A stretch of 52,286 bases of DNA, counting the filler, from Squatina squatina (Eukaryota), in NCBI GenBank assembly GCA_031763465.1. It is 3 parts of 3 records of this genome, joined end to end, with 100 filler letters (N's around TTAATTAATTAA, not from the genome) between each part and the next. Parts side by side here need not be neighbours in the genome. Positions count along the whole stretch, not along the records: positions 1 to 19,408 come from JARFOE010000013.1; positions 19,509 to 33,300 come from JARFOE010000001.1; 1 more part is not named here. One strand, 5' to 3'. Below the pieces are notes generated by a model. That model worked only from the letters and a program-made list of their open reading frames with translations. It was not told the DNA's origin and did not search any database. Below, one piece after another: positions 11,549 through 23,239 of the stretch (position 1 is its first letter; each line of letters opens with the position of its first letter). A program made the position numbers and the translations under genes.

Positions 11549-14111
11549 CCCATGACTGAATTTAAAAGAATGCAAAGAGCATTTGTGGTTTACTATTTGT
11601 GTTGCATTGCTTTCCATTGAGTTCACCTGTACTCCAGTAGTATTTCAATTAGACACTATCCTTATCGTAGCTACAGTTCAGTTTTTTTTGTTTGAGACTT
11701 TTATATGAATATTGCAAAGCTTTGCCATTCTTAATGATCGCATTTGCGAAGATTATAGCTGGTTCCCAGAGCATATAGAAGAAAAGTTTGTTAAGGCAGT
11801 GGTGAAGGCACAATGGAAGCTTTAATATAGAGATTAGGTAAATGGCAAAATGTAAGAGGCTAATTGAAATCCTTTAATCTGTGACTCCAGTTGAAAGTGC
11901 TGCCTGGCACCATCAGATTGTCAATGCTATTTGACTTTAAGCAACTCATCTAGCTAATCTGGTATTTAAAGATGGAGAGAGCTTCATTTTAAAAGAATTG
12001 AAAACAACTGCAAAGTAATGAGAAATGTGTTAAATTTTAACTTGGAAAAGGAAATTTGAGCTGTAGGAATAATTTGAGAAAGCAAAATGCCCTTGTAAAT
12101 AAGATATTTGGGGAAATTGCTGTTTTTTTCTCTCGTGTATGTATTCTAAATTCTTAAATTTCAGTCCAGAATGAACACCTTGCTGAATTAATTGACTTCT
12201 GAAAAAATGGTAAATACAATTTTTAAATNNNNNNNNNNNNNNNNNNNNNNNNNNNNNNNNNNNNNNNNNNNNNNNNNNNNNNNNNNNNNNNNNNNNNNNN
12301 NNNNNNNNGGTACACTCAGAATCACTGCATAGGTGCACAGCAATAGCAGAGCAAAGCTCCAATGGAACTACAGGTACAAGACTTGGCTTTGTTGAATATA
12401 TTAATCGGTAAATTGCAGATCTTGTTCTTTTTATACATCAGCTAGATTTGAATTTATTTGTTGCAGTTTTGTCGAATTCCTAAATCCCCATGATATTTTG
12501 TCAGTCAGTTTAATAGGACTGATAAACAGCCCTTTATGCTTGAGCACATAGTCTAATTTCCTCCTCTTCTGTTTCTCTTTTCTTTTATAGTTTATACTGT
12601 TCGAGTTTTATTGTATCCCCAAAGACTGCTTTTGAATAGAGCAGATCAAAGCTTTACAGCTGAACACCACAAATACTCAGGCTTATTTCTTAAAAATTAA
12701 ACATGTTATGTTTGCTTGCACAGTGATCAGAGTACTCTTTATGCTGATAACAATCAGTATGAACTTTCTTGCTGTTGATGTAATGATGATGAATGCTGTG
12801 ACACTGCTGTTTTGGACAGCTCTTCCCAGAGGAGGCGAAGCAGTTGCTAATGAAATGAATAAAAGTAAGACTGCATGAGGAAAAATGGGGGATAGCAAAG
12901 GAGAAACAAAGTGAGGATCAAGTCACAGTAGAAAACAAAAAAAAACACAGCAGTTAATGCAAAAATATGAAAATTGAGATGGGAAGAGATCCAAGAGGAA
13001 ATGAGACTTTACAGTGGGATTGTAAGGAAAGAAAGGGCAGGCAAAGTTTATCAATTCGAACTGATAAACAGAAGGAAAAAACAGACAGAAAAGGCACTGG
13101 ACAAAGGAATAAAGCATGGCTCACCTTACAGGTGGCATAAATAGTTTTCTTCAAATCCTCATTTTAACCAGCAGTCACATTATAAAATCATAGGGTTATT
13201 TTGCCAGGGTTTATATTGGGCAAGAATGGTGCATTCCTTCAGTTTGCGCACCCCTCCACTTTCAAAAGCTGTGCAGTGACCGTCTGGGAAGTCTGCTGGA
13301 AATGCAGACTTTTATATTGCTGCATAAGTCAGCGCGATCAGGTTTAGTGACTTGTTTTATGCACGGATTTTGATGGAATGCATTTGACTTCAATAAAGTT
13401 CTGATTTCGACCAGTTTGTGCAAATTTGCCAAATGTCTGCTATGCTTTGGCTGCCAGGTATATTTAAGGTTTCTGATCTTTGGCAGAAATCCATAACTGT
13501 GCTTTAAACAGGTAGGCACACCTGTGAGCTGATTGGTATTAGCAGGATTATGTTAAAAATAAGGTCTGGGACACTAGCTTTCAAACTTGTTCAAAAATAC
13601 AAAAGGCATGGTTTGGCTGACTGTGTCTAGACTTTGAAATGTTAGAAAGCTACTTTTGCTGCTGTTTACCTGTGAGAGTTGATGTATATTGGCAGTTCAA
13701 ATTGCAATTTGCCTCAGCAATAACTGGAAGATAGGCCTTTATTTCAATGTTTGGTGATGAGATGCAAATGTTTTAAATTGAGACCATGGAGCAGGCTTTC
13801 AGAAAAGTTGTAGCTGTGCTGTTACTTATTCCTGCATCTTCACTTTGAGAAATTTCTCCTTAACAATGTTAGATTGTAAGAGTAACAGAAAGGTTTGCTC
13901 AAAATAAATTTAACAGGTTCTTTAACATATTACCGTAGCTCACCACACACTTGTGAAGCTTTGTATAATGTGAAGATGTGGATTTTAATTTAAAATATTG
14001 TTCCATTAAGGAATCCTAATTCATGAGTGACTGTGTGATTTTTTTTTTTACTGTCCCTTTTTTTTCTTATAGTTGTGCTGGTGTTAAGAGCTGAGGTAAT
14101 GAGAAATCACC

Positions 14112-14235
14112 ATGGATGCCCAGTCACATAGTACTGCTGCAGCTGAAAAGAAAAAAGTAGAAAATTCCATCGTAAAGGGATCTTCTCGCACAGATGTCAG
14201 TGAAAAAGCCATAGCCTCCAGTACAACGTCCAATG
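14112..14235 (+). CDS. GLI3: GLI3 first coding exon (exon starts at 14073 with 39 nt of 5'UTR)
   Basis: ACCATGG Kozak start; [41 protein letters not shown] matches the human GLI3 N-terminus ([41 protein letters not shown]); polypyrimidine+AG at 14072; GTAAGT donor after 124 coding nt. Missed by the ORF track. Confidence 0.96.
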
Positions 14236-14866
14236 GTAAGTAGTGTAGTGTACGGGGATTTGATAACAGTGAGAGCAGCAATTATTTTTTTTGTTCACTG
14301 CATTCCTCATGAATGGATCAGCTGCACCTGGATTTTTGTTTGTTTTGGGAAAGTGTTGGTGGTGGGTGGAGGAAGAAAAATTTGGAATTAAAGTAATCCC
14401 TATTATAAGCCCAACGCAGAGCAATTTTTCTTTCACGCTGCTGGGTTCTGTTCCAGTTAAAGCTGCTCTTTGTAATTTGATGAGATTTACTGTGATTTTT
14501 TTTTCCTTCTTCAATTGTTGCTTGAAGAGTTGTGGCCAGTTGCACATACGTGCAAATTGATTTTCCTTGTCTCCTTTAAATATGCACTGGAGTGTTGTGC
14601 CTGTTGAGCTATCATTATTGAGTATGTGGTGCTTGTTCTAGCCTAGTGTACACAGTTCCTTGTTTGTGCATGGGGAGAATGGGCACAGGGAACACAGATG
14701 ATGGTAAGCGGCCTAAATTGGGGCCTACTGATTGGACTCATGACTTGCTGAGACCTGGAGTCCGCCAATAAAATGTTAGATTCAGACTGGGGCACAAAAG
14801 CAACAAGTACCCTGTGCACACAAATGGGGACCACCTTTCATATACTGAGAGGAAGAAAATTATAAT

Positions 14867-15390
14867 TTGGATGCAGGGATGAGGGACTTCAGTTATGTGG
14901 AGAGACTAGAGAAACTGGAATTCTTCTCCTTTGAGGTTAAGGGAGATTTAATAGAGGTGTCCAANNNNNNNNNNNNNNNNNNNNNNNNNNNNNNNNNNNN
15001 NNNNNNNNNNNNNNNNNNNNNNNNNNNNNNNNNNNNNNNNNNNNNNNNNNNNNNNNNNNNNNNNAAATTATGCATGTTTTCGATAGAGTAAATAAGGAAA
15101 AACTATTTCCACTGGTGGAAGACTTAAGATTTAAGATAATTAGCAAAAGAACCAGAGGGGAGATGAGGAGAATTTGTTTTGCACAGCGAGTTGTTAAGAT
15201 CTGGAAGCATTGCCTGACAGTGTGGTGGAAGCAGATTCAAAAATATATTGGAAATATACTTGCAAAGGAAAGATTTTCAGGGCTGTGGTGAAAGAACAGG
15301 GGAATGTGACTAATTGGATAGCTCATTCAAAGAGCTGGCACAGGCATGATGGGCTAAGTGGCCTCTTTCTGTGATATAAGATTCTATGTG
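14867..15390 (+). mobile_element. CR1 LINE 3' end, split by a gap
   Basis: GMRDFSYVERLEKL...KGDLIEV, FDRVNKEKLFPLV, FAQRVVKIW motifs then CR1 3'UTR ending GATTCTATG. Confidence 0.88.
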
Positions 15391-18300
15391 AATATCCCTA
15401 ATTATTCCATCCTGTCCTGCTCCCTTCTGCTCTGATATCCTCTGCTCTGAGCCTGCACTTGGGACCAGATGGAATTTCACCATGTAATGATTTGTGCGCC
15501 TGCTGCAGATAATCTTCATCTACTCAAGAGGACAGTTGACCCTTTATCATGTGTGAAGCTTTTTTTCAGATATGTTGTTATTTGGTGATGTTTGAACAGA
15601 GCTCTGAGCCTTAAAAGGAGTTCTGCAAAAACAGTGAGTCTGAGAGATGGGTTTGTACTATATAAGTTATTGAGTACAGTGACTTCATGAAAGCTGTGTC
15701 AATGCCAAGGATGTGACCATATTCTTTAATCTCCTTGTTCTTATGTTCCAAAGGCAGGTGAATATTCCTGGTTTTCTTTTAATTGTGCAAGAGCTGATAT
15801 TGCAGAACTGCAGAACTTGAACTCTGCCAAGAGGAACTAAAGTTGTTAACATTTTCGTCCCTGTGTCCTTCTCCCCCAGCTTGCTCCTGTCCCCCAAATG
15901 TTGGCGACGAATCCTTTTTTCACCCCCACCCTGCTTCCCCTTTAATTAGCATCTTTCATTCTGTGGAGTCTGGCAAGAGGGAACAATAAAGAAAAACCCA
16001 TTGCAGGATGGCAATAAAAAGAAGCAGTGGGGCTCGTGCAAGGAACACTTCCTATTGCAGTGGTAGCTTGTACTTTCCAGCCAGTGCTGCTGTAAAAGGA
16101 GTGTTAAAACTTTTTACCCATTTATGGCCTCATGGTCAGAATGAAGTAATACGTGAGTCACGTTGTGTGGGTCAGAGTTGAAAAGAGGCAGCGAGCAATA
16201 TGGAGAGCTTAGTCTGCATTTAACATTCTGAAAGGGGAGGAGGGGTGGGGGGGCTGCTCACATTATGATACAAGGCAGTCAGGAATGCTATGAAATCCAA
16301 TCCACAGTGGCTGATAAGGATCTTTGACTCCCCTGGGACAGGCCAGATTTTAGCCCTATTCTGAAAACCTTCCTTGCAAACCCCCTCCTCTCCCACCCCC
16401 CAACTCACCCATCTACCGAAATGAAAAAGAAACATTCCAGAATTCGTAACAATTTCACTTTTATTTGTTACTAGCATGAACTGTTTTTGAGTTAGAAATG
16501 TATATTGCTTAAGGGTTTCTTTTGCTCAGTTACACTCTGGTTTCACAAAACCTCTGGACGTTTCTTTAAAAAAAAACAGTTTACAATAATACTGCATTAT
16601 TTGAAAGAATAAGTTCTGTTTAATTTTGTTTTGAAAAGCCAGTGCAACTTATTTTTCCACCGGTTTAAGAGTCTGCTAACTGAACATTGCAAGCTTTAAA
16701 TGTTCACCATTCAACTTCATCTAAAATGCTTGATTCAGAGAGTTATATTGTAGTGTAGTAAATGCTGGGGATTTCCCACTAACTTTTTTTTTGGCCAGGC
16801 TAGCTCGTGCTGGTTTTTTTTTAGTTAAAGTTGAGTACCATTCACATTATGTAATCTCCATATCAAAACAGATGGCATCCACCCCTCATTCATTGGCGCA
16901 CAAAGCTGTGAAGAGAAATTGCTGCATACAATAAGCATGATAATGCAAATTTAATTCAAAACTCACAATTACACTAATAGTAATTAAACACTAACCTCAT
17001 GCACATCCTTGTAACCCCTCTTTCTTCGCCCTATTCTGTCACTTCTCCTCAGTGATGGTGGTGTGGATGCAGCACTGCTGTGGCCAGGTTGCTGTGTTTC
17101 TGGTGCTGCAGGTCCAGATGGTTGTCTCGGANNNNNNNNNNNNNNNNNNNNNNNNNNNNNNNNNNNNNNNNNNNNNNNNNNNNNNNNNNNNNNNNNNNNN
17201 NNNNNNNNNNNNNNNNNNNNNNNNNNNNNNNCCACACAATGGTTTGATTGGTTTCTCTGGGGGATGCTTTTCCCTGCCTCATCATTCGCCAGGCAGGTGG
17301 ACCAGAAAGTCTTCTGATTCTTTTGTTGCTTCTCAAAGTCTGGGGTCTTTGAGAGAATAAATCCACCGTCATGGGATAATTTGCTAAAGGAGACTGGAGG
17401 AGGTTAGAGAAAAGCCTCTCCACTTGGGTGCGGAATTAATGAAATACTGATGTTCCAGTCCTTGCAATTGAAAATCTCTGGGAATGCAGTGGGTGGAGAT
17501 GGCANNNNNNNNNNTGTGAGTTTCCACTAATTACGCTTGTTTGCGGGCCTTCAAAGTGGCTCTCAAAATTAAGCTGGTTCTTTTGGGTGCAAGGGCAATA
17601 GGCATGTTTTAAAATCTTTTGAGTTTCATTTTTTTTTAAACTTACTAACGAGCTGACTACAGCACACCAACATAACTAGCAAATGGTTCGGTATAGTATT
17701 TTAAAGTAATTTTGAGTTATTTAAAATTTGTGGGGTGGGGGCATATGTTCAAAGGAAAGTTCATGCAGAAAAGACCAACGCTCACATATACTCCTTAAGC
17801 CTTTAGATTACCCACTAACAGCAAATAGTAGGAATTCCATGTGACAGAAGTAAGCTTAAGTTAACACAGGATAAAAAGTAAATTACAGATAGGCTGTCCT
17901 CAGCCATCTTTGTGGCTACAGATAAGGTTTCATTTCAGAACGGACAGACGACTTTTCCACTTACAGACCCATTCTGCTGCACCTGTGATAACAACTCCTG
18001 GATTCTAATTGAAATTGGTTTGAAAATGGATTTTTAGTTTTCTGTGTCTGTGAAAATATTGAATGGAGTCGAGCTGCCAGTAAGTATCCCAGACTGTGGA
18101 AATGTGGCAGGAAACTGGAATCATCTTTCAAGCCTGTATCAATGATACGACAGTTTTGTGATCTGTCATATTAATGAAATCATTGATCACTTGATGGAGT
18201 GGGTAATAAACTGCTTTCTGAGAATATTGTTCAGAAAGGCTGATCAAAGTCTGTGGAGATGAAAAAGTATAAAGCTCGAAATTGTCGAGCCACCTACATT

Positions 18301-18823
18301 AATAGGTGGATGGCAGCTTTTGTTGTATGGGTTTTCAAACAACACATATCTATTGATTTTTGAATTTGGCTTCAAATATACTGTTGAGGGCACATTAATC
18401 AAATTGTGGATGTTAACCTGGGCATTTTAACTTCTGAGCATTTGAACGAGTGCCGTTTCATATTTCTTTCTGTGTCTCTGTGTCATCTTTCTTCAGTGCA
18501 AGAGGGGAAAAATTTCCTGGATTATTCTCATTTATTTTTCTGTAGCTCTGTCCTCTCTTGCTAACTCTGCACCCTTTCATTCCCAGGTTCACTCTCTCAG
18601 CTCACTGATAACACGTGTTGTTGCTGCTGTAAGCTTTCATGTCATTCCCCATTGCTGTGACTGGGTTGCTTGCACTTCATTTTTAAGACTTTACTGTTTA
18701 TTATCACTGCTAAATTGTCTAACTTTAAGACCAATATTTAATTTTGGGCGACTCAGAGGTAAATTTATTTTGTCTTTTTTTCCAAGACAGTTTTTACGTG
18801 GTACTTTTCTGAAACTGTTTACA

Positions 18824-19160
18824 GGTGCTGTGGTGATAGTTCAGTTGGTAAATACATAATGAGTTATTTTGATCTGCACTCTGGTTCAATCCCTGAACTA
18901 GCTGATCTCAGTCAGGGATGGTGATGGGGCCTCTTAAATGCCTTTGGGCTAGGGAAAGAATTTCAGGATTCCTGCTGGCGATCACTTCCTGTTGGAAGTA
19001 GAAATGTGTGAAAATCATGCGGGGAAAGGATCTGGATTGTCTGATGCTACTTGCCTCCCATGGTCAAATAGCCAGCCAACACTCTGCTTATATTCACACA
19101 CAAAGAACTGGAGGGCTGTTGGCAACTATGGTACTGTAGGGTTAATTCAGCAAGGCTATA
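18824..19160 (+). mobile_element. Old tRNA-derived SINE
   Basis: A-box-like TAGTTCAGTTGG (18837) and B-box-like GGTTCAATCC (18883); body shares motifs with 23600-23810 (CCATGGTCA, CTCAC..AAGAA). End approximate. Confidence 0.65.
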
Positions 19161-19408
19161 TTCCTGAGACATGGTGGCAGTTGGCCAGATGGATGTGCAG
19201 GTCAGAGATTGGTTTTCAGCCATGTGGCACTGATTCTCCAGCCTACGCTCGACTCGAGTGATACTCCATCCTGGGAGTGTGGGGTTGCCTCATATAAATA
19301 TTTTTAAATATACGAACTCCCAAACTTGTCAAACAGAGCACTGTGTAGCATCATGCATACAGAGCAAGGAACTGCATATTACAGTAAACGTTATGACCTG
19401 TGGTCCAC

Positions 19409-19508
19409 NNNNNNNNNNNNNNNNNNNNNNNNNNNNNNNNNNNNNNNNNNNNTTAATTAATTAANNNNNNNNNNNNNNNNNNNNNNNNNNNNNNNNNNNN
19501 NNNNNNNN
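19409..19508. other. Artificial scaffold-joining spacer N44-TTAATTAATTAA-N44
   Basis: Palindromic 12-mer giving stop codons in all six frames, centred in exactly 100 bp; identical at 33301-33400; gene content changes across it. Confidence 0.97.
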
Positions 19509-20878
19509 ACACAAGGAGCCCTATACCAATGCAAGTAACTGTTATGGGTCACACTGTACCTGAACATTTTGAGGCTGAAGCTTTCTTGAAGCTGCTGGAC
19601 TCTTCACACCTTTAAGTGGCTGTGAGAGAGGAGTGGTGTACGCAGAATAACATCGCCTCTGAAAACACAACAGGAATGATAAAGAAAGATCACTACTGTG
19701 ACCAGGCAGAATGCAGCAACAGAGGACAATGCAAATCTAATTTAAAATGTTCCTGCAGGCAAAGTAGGACCCCACTCTGGGGTCCTCACACACTAATGGC
19801 TGACTGCACTTGGATTTACAATGCAGTTTTCTACGCTGTGAGCTCCCAGCCTGAGCCGTAGAATTATTGGGGGTGCAATGGGTGAAGACCAAGTGCTTAC
19901 CCACTGGAGGGTTCACTGCCACTGAACTTTACCGATGGGGATGAAGTTTAATTAAGGAACAATGTGAAAGATTTACTTATGTATATGGATGCTGCAATAC
20001 ATACCATCTAAACTTTGCATCTGATGGGAAATAGACATATAGCTTCACACATTTTCTGTTAAGCTCCCCAATAGAAAGCAGCATGTGACAATCAAAAATA
20101 TGCCAATATATAAAAATATAAAATGACAACATAAACTAATAACTTCATAAAATAACCAGATGCACATTAAAAAAAAATCACTTTTGAAATTTTCTTTTAA
20201 AGTAAAAGGCACTCAAGTTGAATTGATAAGTAATTGCTGCATTATTTATCTGCAATCCTTTTCCAAGACAGCAAATGCATTTTAATGCTATGGTTGGCAC
20301 TTAGCCAAAGTTCTGCTGCAGATGCCCACACTTGAGTCAGTCACTGCAGTCCTTGGCAGCAACTCTTCAGCCAAACAGACAGAGCTGACAGCAACAAAAA
20401 TACCACCCCTCCCCCACACCACACTTGACAATCAGTGATGTTCAGTAAATCTGACTCAACTTTTCAGCACCAATTTTGTCCTAACCTCTTGGGGCATCAA
20501 TATGAAAAAATAACTTCTGAATCACTGCTGCAAGAAGAAAAAGAAATAAACCTCTTCTCCTTTTACACTCAAACAGCTCAACGCAATCCATACCCTAGAA
20601 TCTATTTTCTTCCATTAGATTTTCTTAATACGAGCATAAAAAGTTGACCTACATCGTTCCGCATCTGCGGTTATGCAGGCAGGTTTACACCTTTTGTTTA
20701 TAATGTTACCAATTCGGGTCTGCCGTAGATAGCTACTTAACTTCAATAGCGTCAGATTCTCTGGTATGTCGAGTCCACGGCCCTTATCTTCCAAAGTTGA
20801 CCTTGCACCTCCCAATACCTACATATTTAGTGGTATAACCCAAACCGAACATTCACGTCTTTCGCATGTATACCCTTG

Positions 20879-21153
20879 GGGGCCGAAATTGGCCTACTTT
20901 AACGTCCCATTAGCGCCTCCGAGGGGCGCCAATGGGACGTTAAACAAAAATGGCGTTGGGAGGGGGCCATCTCGCCTCCCCCAAATTTCAGCTTTGTGCT
21001 TGCCCAGCTGAATTTCGCGGCAAATCGGCACATGATGTCATCAAGATGTTTGCCGACCTGCACCACACAGCCACAACGCCCTCGGCACTCCGTTTGCGTC
21101 CCGCGGGGCAACTGCAGCAAAAGGAACACCTGTCGCTGCAACAGGCCCCTTAA
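20879..21153 (+). mobile_element. GC-rich MITE-like DNA transposon left end (probable Harbinger/PIF non-autonomous), truncated by gap
   Basis: Begins GGGGCCGAAATT after TTG; subterminal hairpin 20898-20944; co-linear with 37858-38103. Confidence 0.7.
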
Positions 21154-22070
21154 NNNNNNNNNNNNNNNNNNNNNNNNNNNNNNNNNNNNNNNNNNNNNNN
21201 NNNNNNNNNNNNNNNNNNNNNNNNNNNNNNNNNNNNNNNNNNNNNNNNNNNNNTTATCTACACAGTGCAAAAAAGAATCTTCCTGTAGTGCATTTTCTCC
21301 GTAAAGTTTTTCACTTGAAAATCTTAATAGAAGAGTTGATATGATGGTAGTCATGTACCAGATATTTATGGAATATATCTCCTTCTTAAAGTCACTTGGT
21401 TCATTAACTCTGGAGATTGAAGGCTATGGTGGCATTTTTTACTTGACAAGACAGTTGCAGATCAGGAGCAGTTCTATATCAGGATGCAGTGTCCAAATGG
21501 AGGAAATTAACTTTTTGGATCCCAGCTCATAATATTTACTCTAGTATCAAAGGGATTTAAAAGAGCATTTCCTGATAATAGATTGAATTGTTTTGAGTCT
21601 TTAAATCCAAGTACATTCCCCTTGTAAAACTGCAGTTCCGTGTCACTTTTTTGATATGTGGAAAGAAATTAGGTGGTCATCTTATGTTACGGCATATTAA
21701 ACCACTGGCAGATGACTGAATAGAGAAGAATTTACACTGGGCTGTGCACATCAACAGAAAATAACAGCAATCCCTCAACAGTGCAATCGTCCTGGAATCA
21801 AATACACAACATAGTTGCCCTTTTTCTAAGAAGAGATTAATAAATAAAATATTTCACAATCATTGTCCTGACAACATTATTATTTATCTTTTAATATTGT
21901 AATACTTAAATGTCATATAATTCATATGCACAAAGTTTGATGTCAAAAGTAAGTTCAGAATTGGCAGTGAACCAACCTTTGCCTCTGGGTCACTGTTGAT
22001 AGTACAGGAACCATCTTCTTCAGACTGTGGTACTGTTCTATGGAATGCAGATAATCTCAGCTACCTGGCT

Positions 22071-22252
22071 AACAATACTGTAGAGGAGGAATTCATGGAA
22101 TGTATACGGAATGGTTTTCTGGACCAATACGTTGAGGAACCAACTAGAGAACAGGCCATCCTAGACTGGGTATTGTGTAACAAGAGAGGATTAATTAGCA
22201 ATCTTGTGGTGCGAGGTCCCTTGGGAAAGAGCGACCATACTATGATAGAATT
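22071..22252 (+). mobile_element. CR1 ORF2 endonuclease fragment
   Basis: EEEFMECIRNGFLDQYVEEPTREQAILDWVLCN...GPLGKSDHTMIE is the CR1 APE C-terminal motif set; uninterrupted, so probably young. Confidence 0.9.
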
Positions 22253-22352
22253 NNNNNNNNNNNNNNNNNNNNNNNNNNNNNNNNNNNNNNNNNNNNNNNN
22301 NNNNNNNNNNNNNNNNNNNNNNNNNNNNNNNNNNNNNNNNNNNNNNNNNNNN

Positions 22353-22631
22353 TTAACAAACTACAGGTCAAATCAGTCATTGCCAACGACGTGCCCCTCA
22401 CCGGTGAGCCGCGGACCAATTCCGACTGTGGTTCACTGGCGACGCCAAAGGGCATCGCAGGTCAGTGCTATGAGGTCGCCAATGGCATCCCCGGTGAAGA
22501 GACCTTTGCGTCACCAGGACGCCATGCCCAATACCGCAAAACTGAAAAATTGGCCCTGGCGCTGCTTTAGGGCCCGGGTAGCGCCACTCTTCAGCGCTAC
22601 CATGGCATTAAAACAGACCAATTGCCCCACC
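22353..22631 (+). mobile_element. GC-rich MITE right end
   Basis: 22565-22631 is clearly similar to 51443-51509 (TTTAG..CCC..TAGCGCCACT.TTC..GCTACCA..AAAACAGACCAATTG). Confidence 0.75.
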
Positions 22632-23030
22632 ATAATGTTTTTAAAAAAGCAACAATTAAGATTAAAACATGAAAATAAGATAAATCCAAAGATTGTTGGA
22701 AGGGAGGGAGCAGCCAAGCACCAGTAACCCCGCATGCACCTGTTGATTAATTCAAAAACTGCAGTGGCAGAGGTCAGAGAACAGGTCAATCATTCATCCT
22801 TTCAATCAGACACAACATGTGCTGTGCAGGCATGGCGGATTGGGAGAGTGTGGGAAGAGAGAGAGAGAAAGAGAATAAGTGAGGAAGAAAATGAGAATGA
22901 AATACAAATGCCTTATCCATCAGCTGTATTCTCAGTTGAATTCAGAAAGACTTCCAAAGAAATAATGTACAGATATAAATATGACAGCTTAAAATGTTCC
23001 AAAAAAGTTAAAACATCCAAAAATTGTTAC

Positions 23031-23239
23031 CTCATTTTCTGAAGTGGGAGATGGGGTAATAGAGCTCAGTGATACTTTTTGTGTGTCTGTGACTTCTGCT
23101 GATGTAGATACTGGTCGCTCCCATTGGGTAGTGCCTGTTGGTATATGCCAATAATAGATGCCAGCGACATCATTGATCTTCTTCCATCCTGGTGGGAGAT
23201 CGGGGTCAGTCTGAAATGATTGGTCACTCCATATGTCTG
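23031..23239 (-). CDS. APBB2: APBB2 (FE65L1) WW-domain exon
   Basis: ADIWSDQSFQTDPDLPPGWKKINDVAGIYYWHIPTGTTQWERPVS...TPSPTSENE; tandem CAGCAG acceptor (alternative start 23236); GT donor. Confidence 0.96.

Noticed and set aside
18837-18892. tRNA gene
   Set aside because: A- and B-box-like motifs only, no cloverleaf; continues into a SINE body.
19453-19464. TTAATTAATTAA as a homeodomain site or piggyBac footprint
   Set aside because: Centred in symmetric N padding twice; an assembly linker.
21996-22727. 243-aa novel protein
   Set aside because: Chimera of CR1 endonuclease, an N gap and GC-rich MITE sequence.
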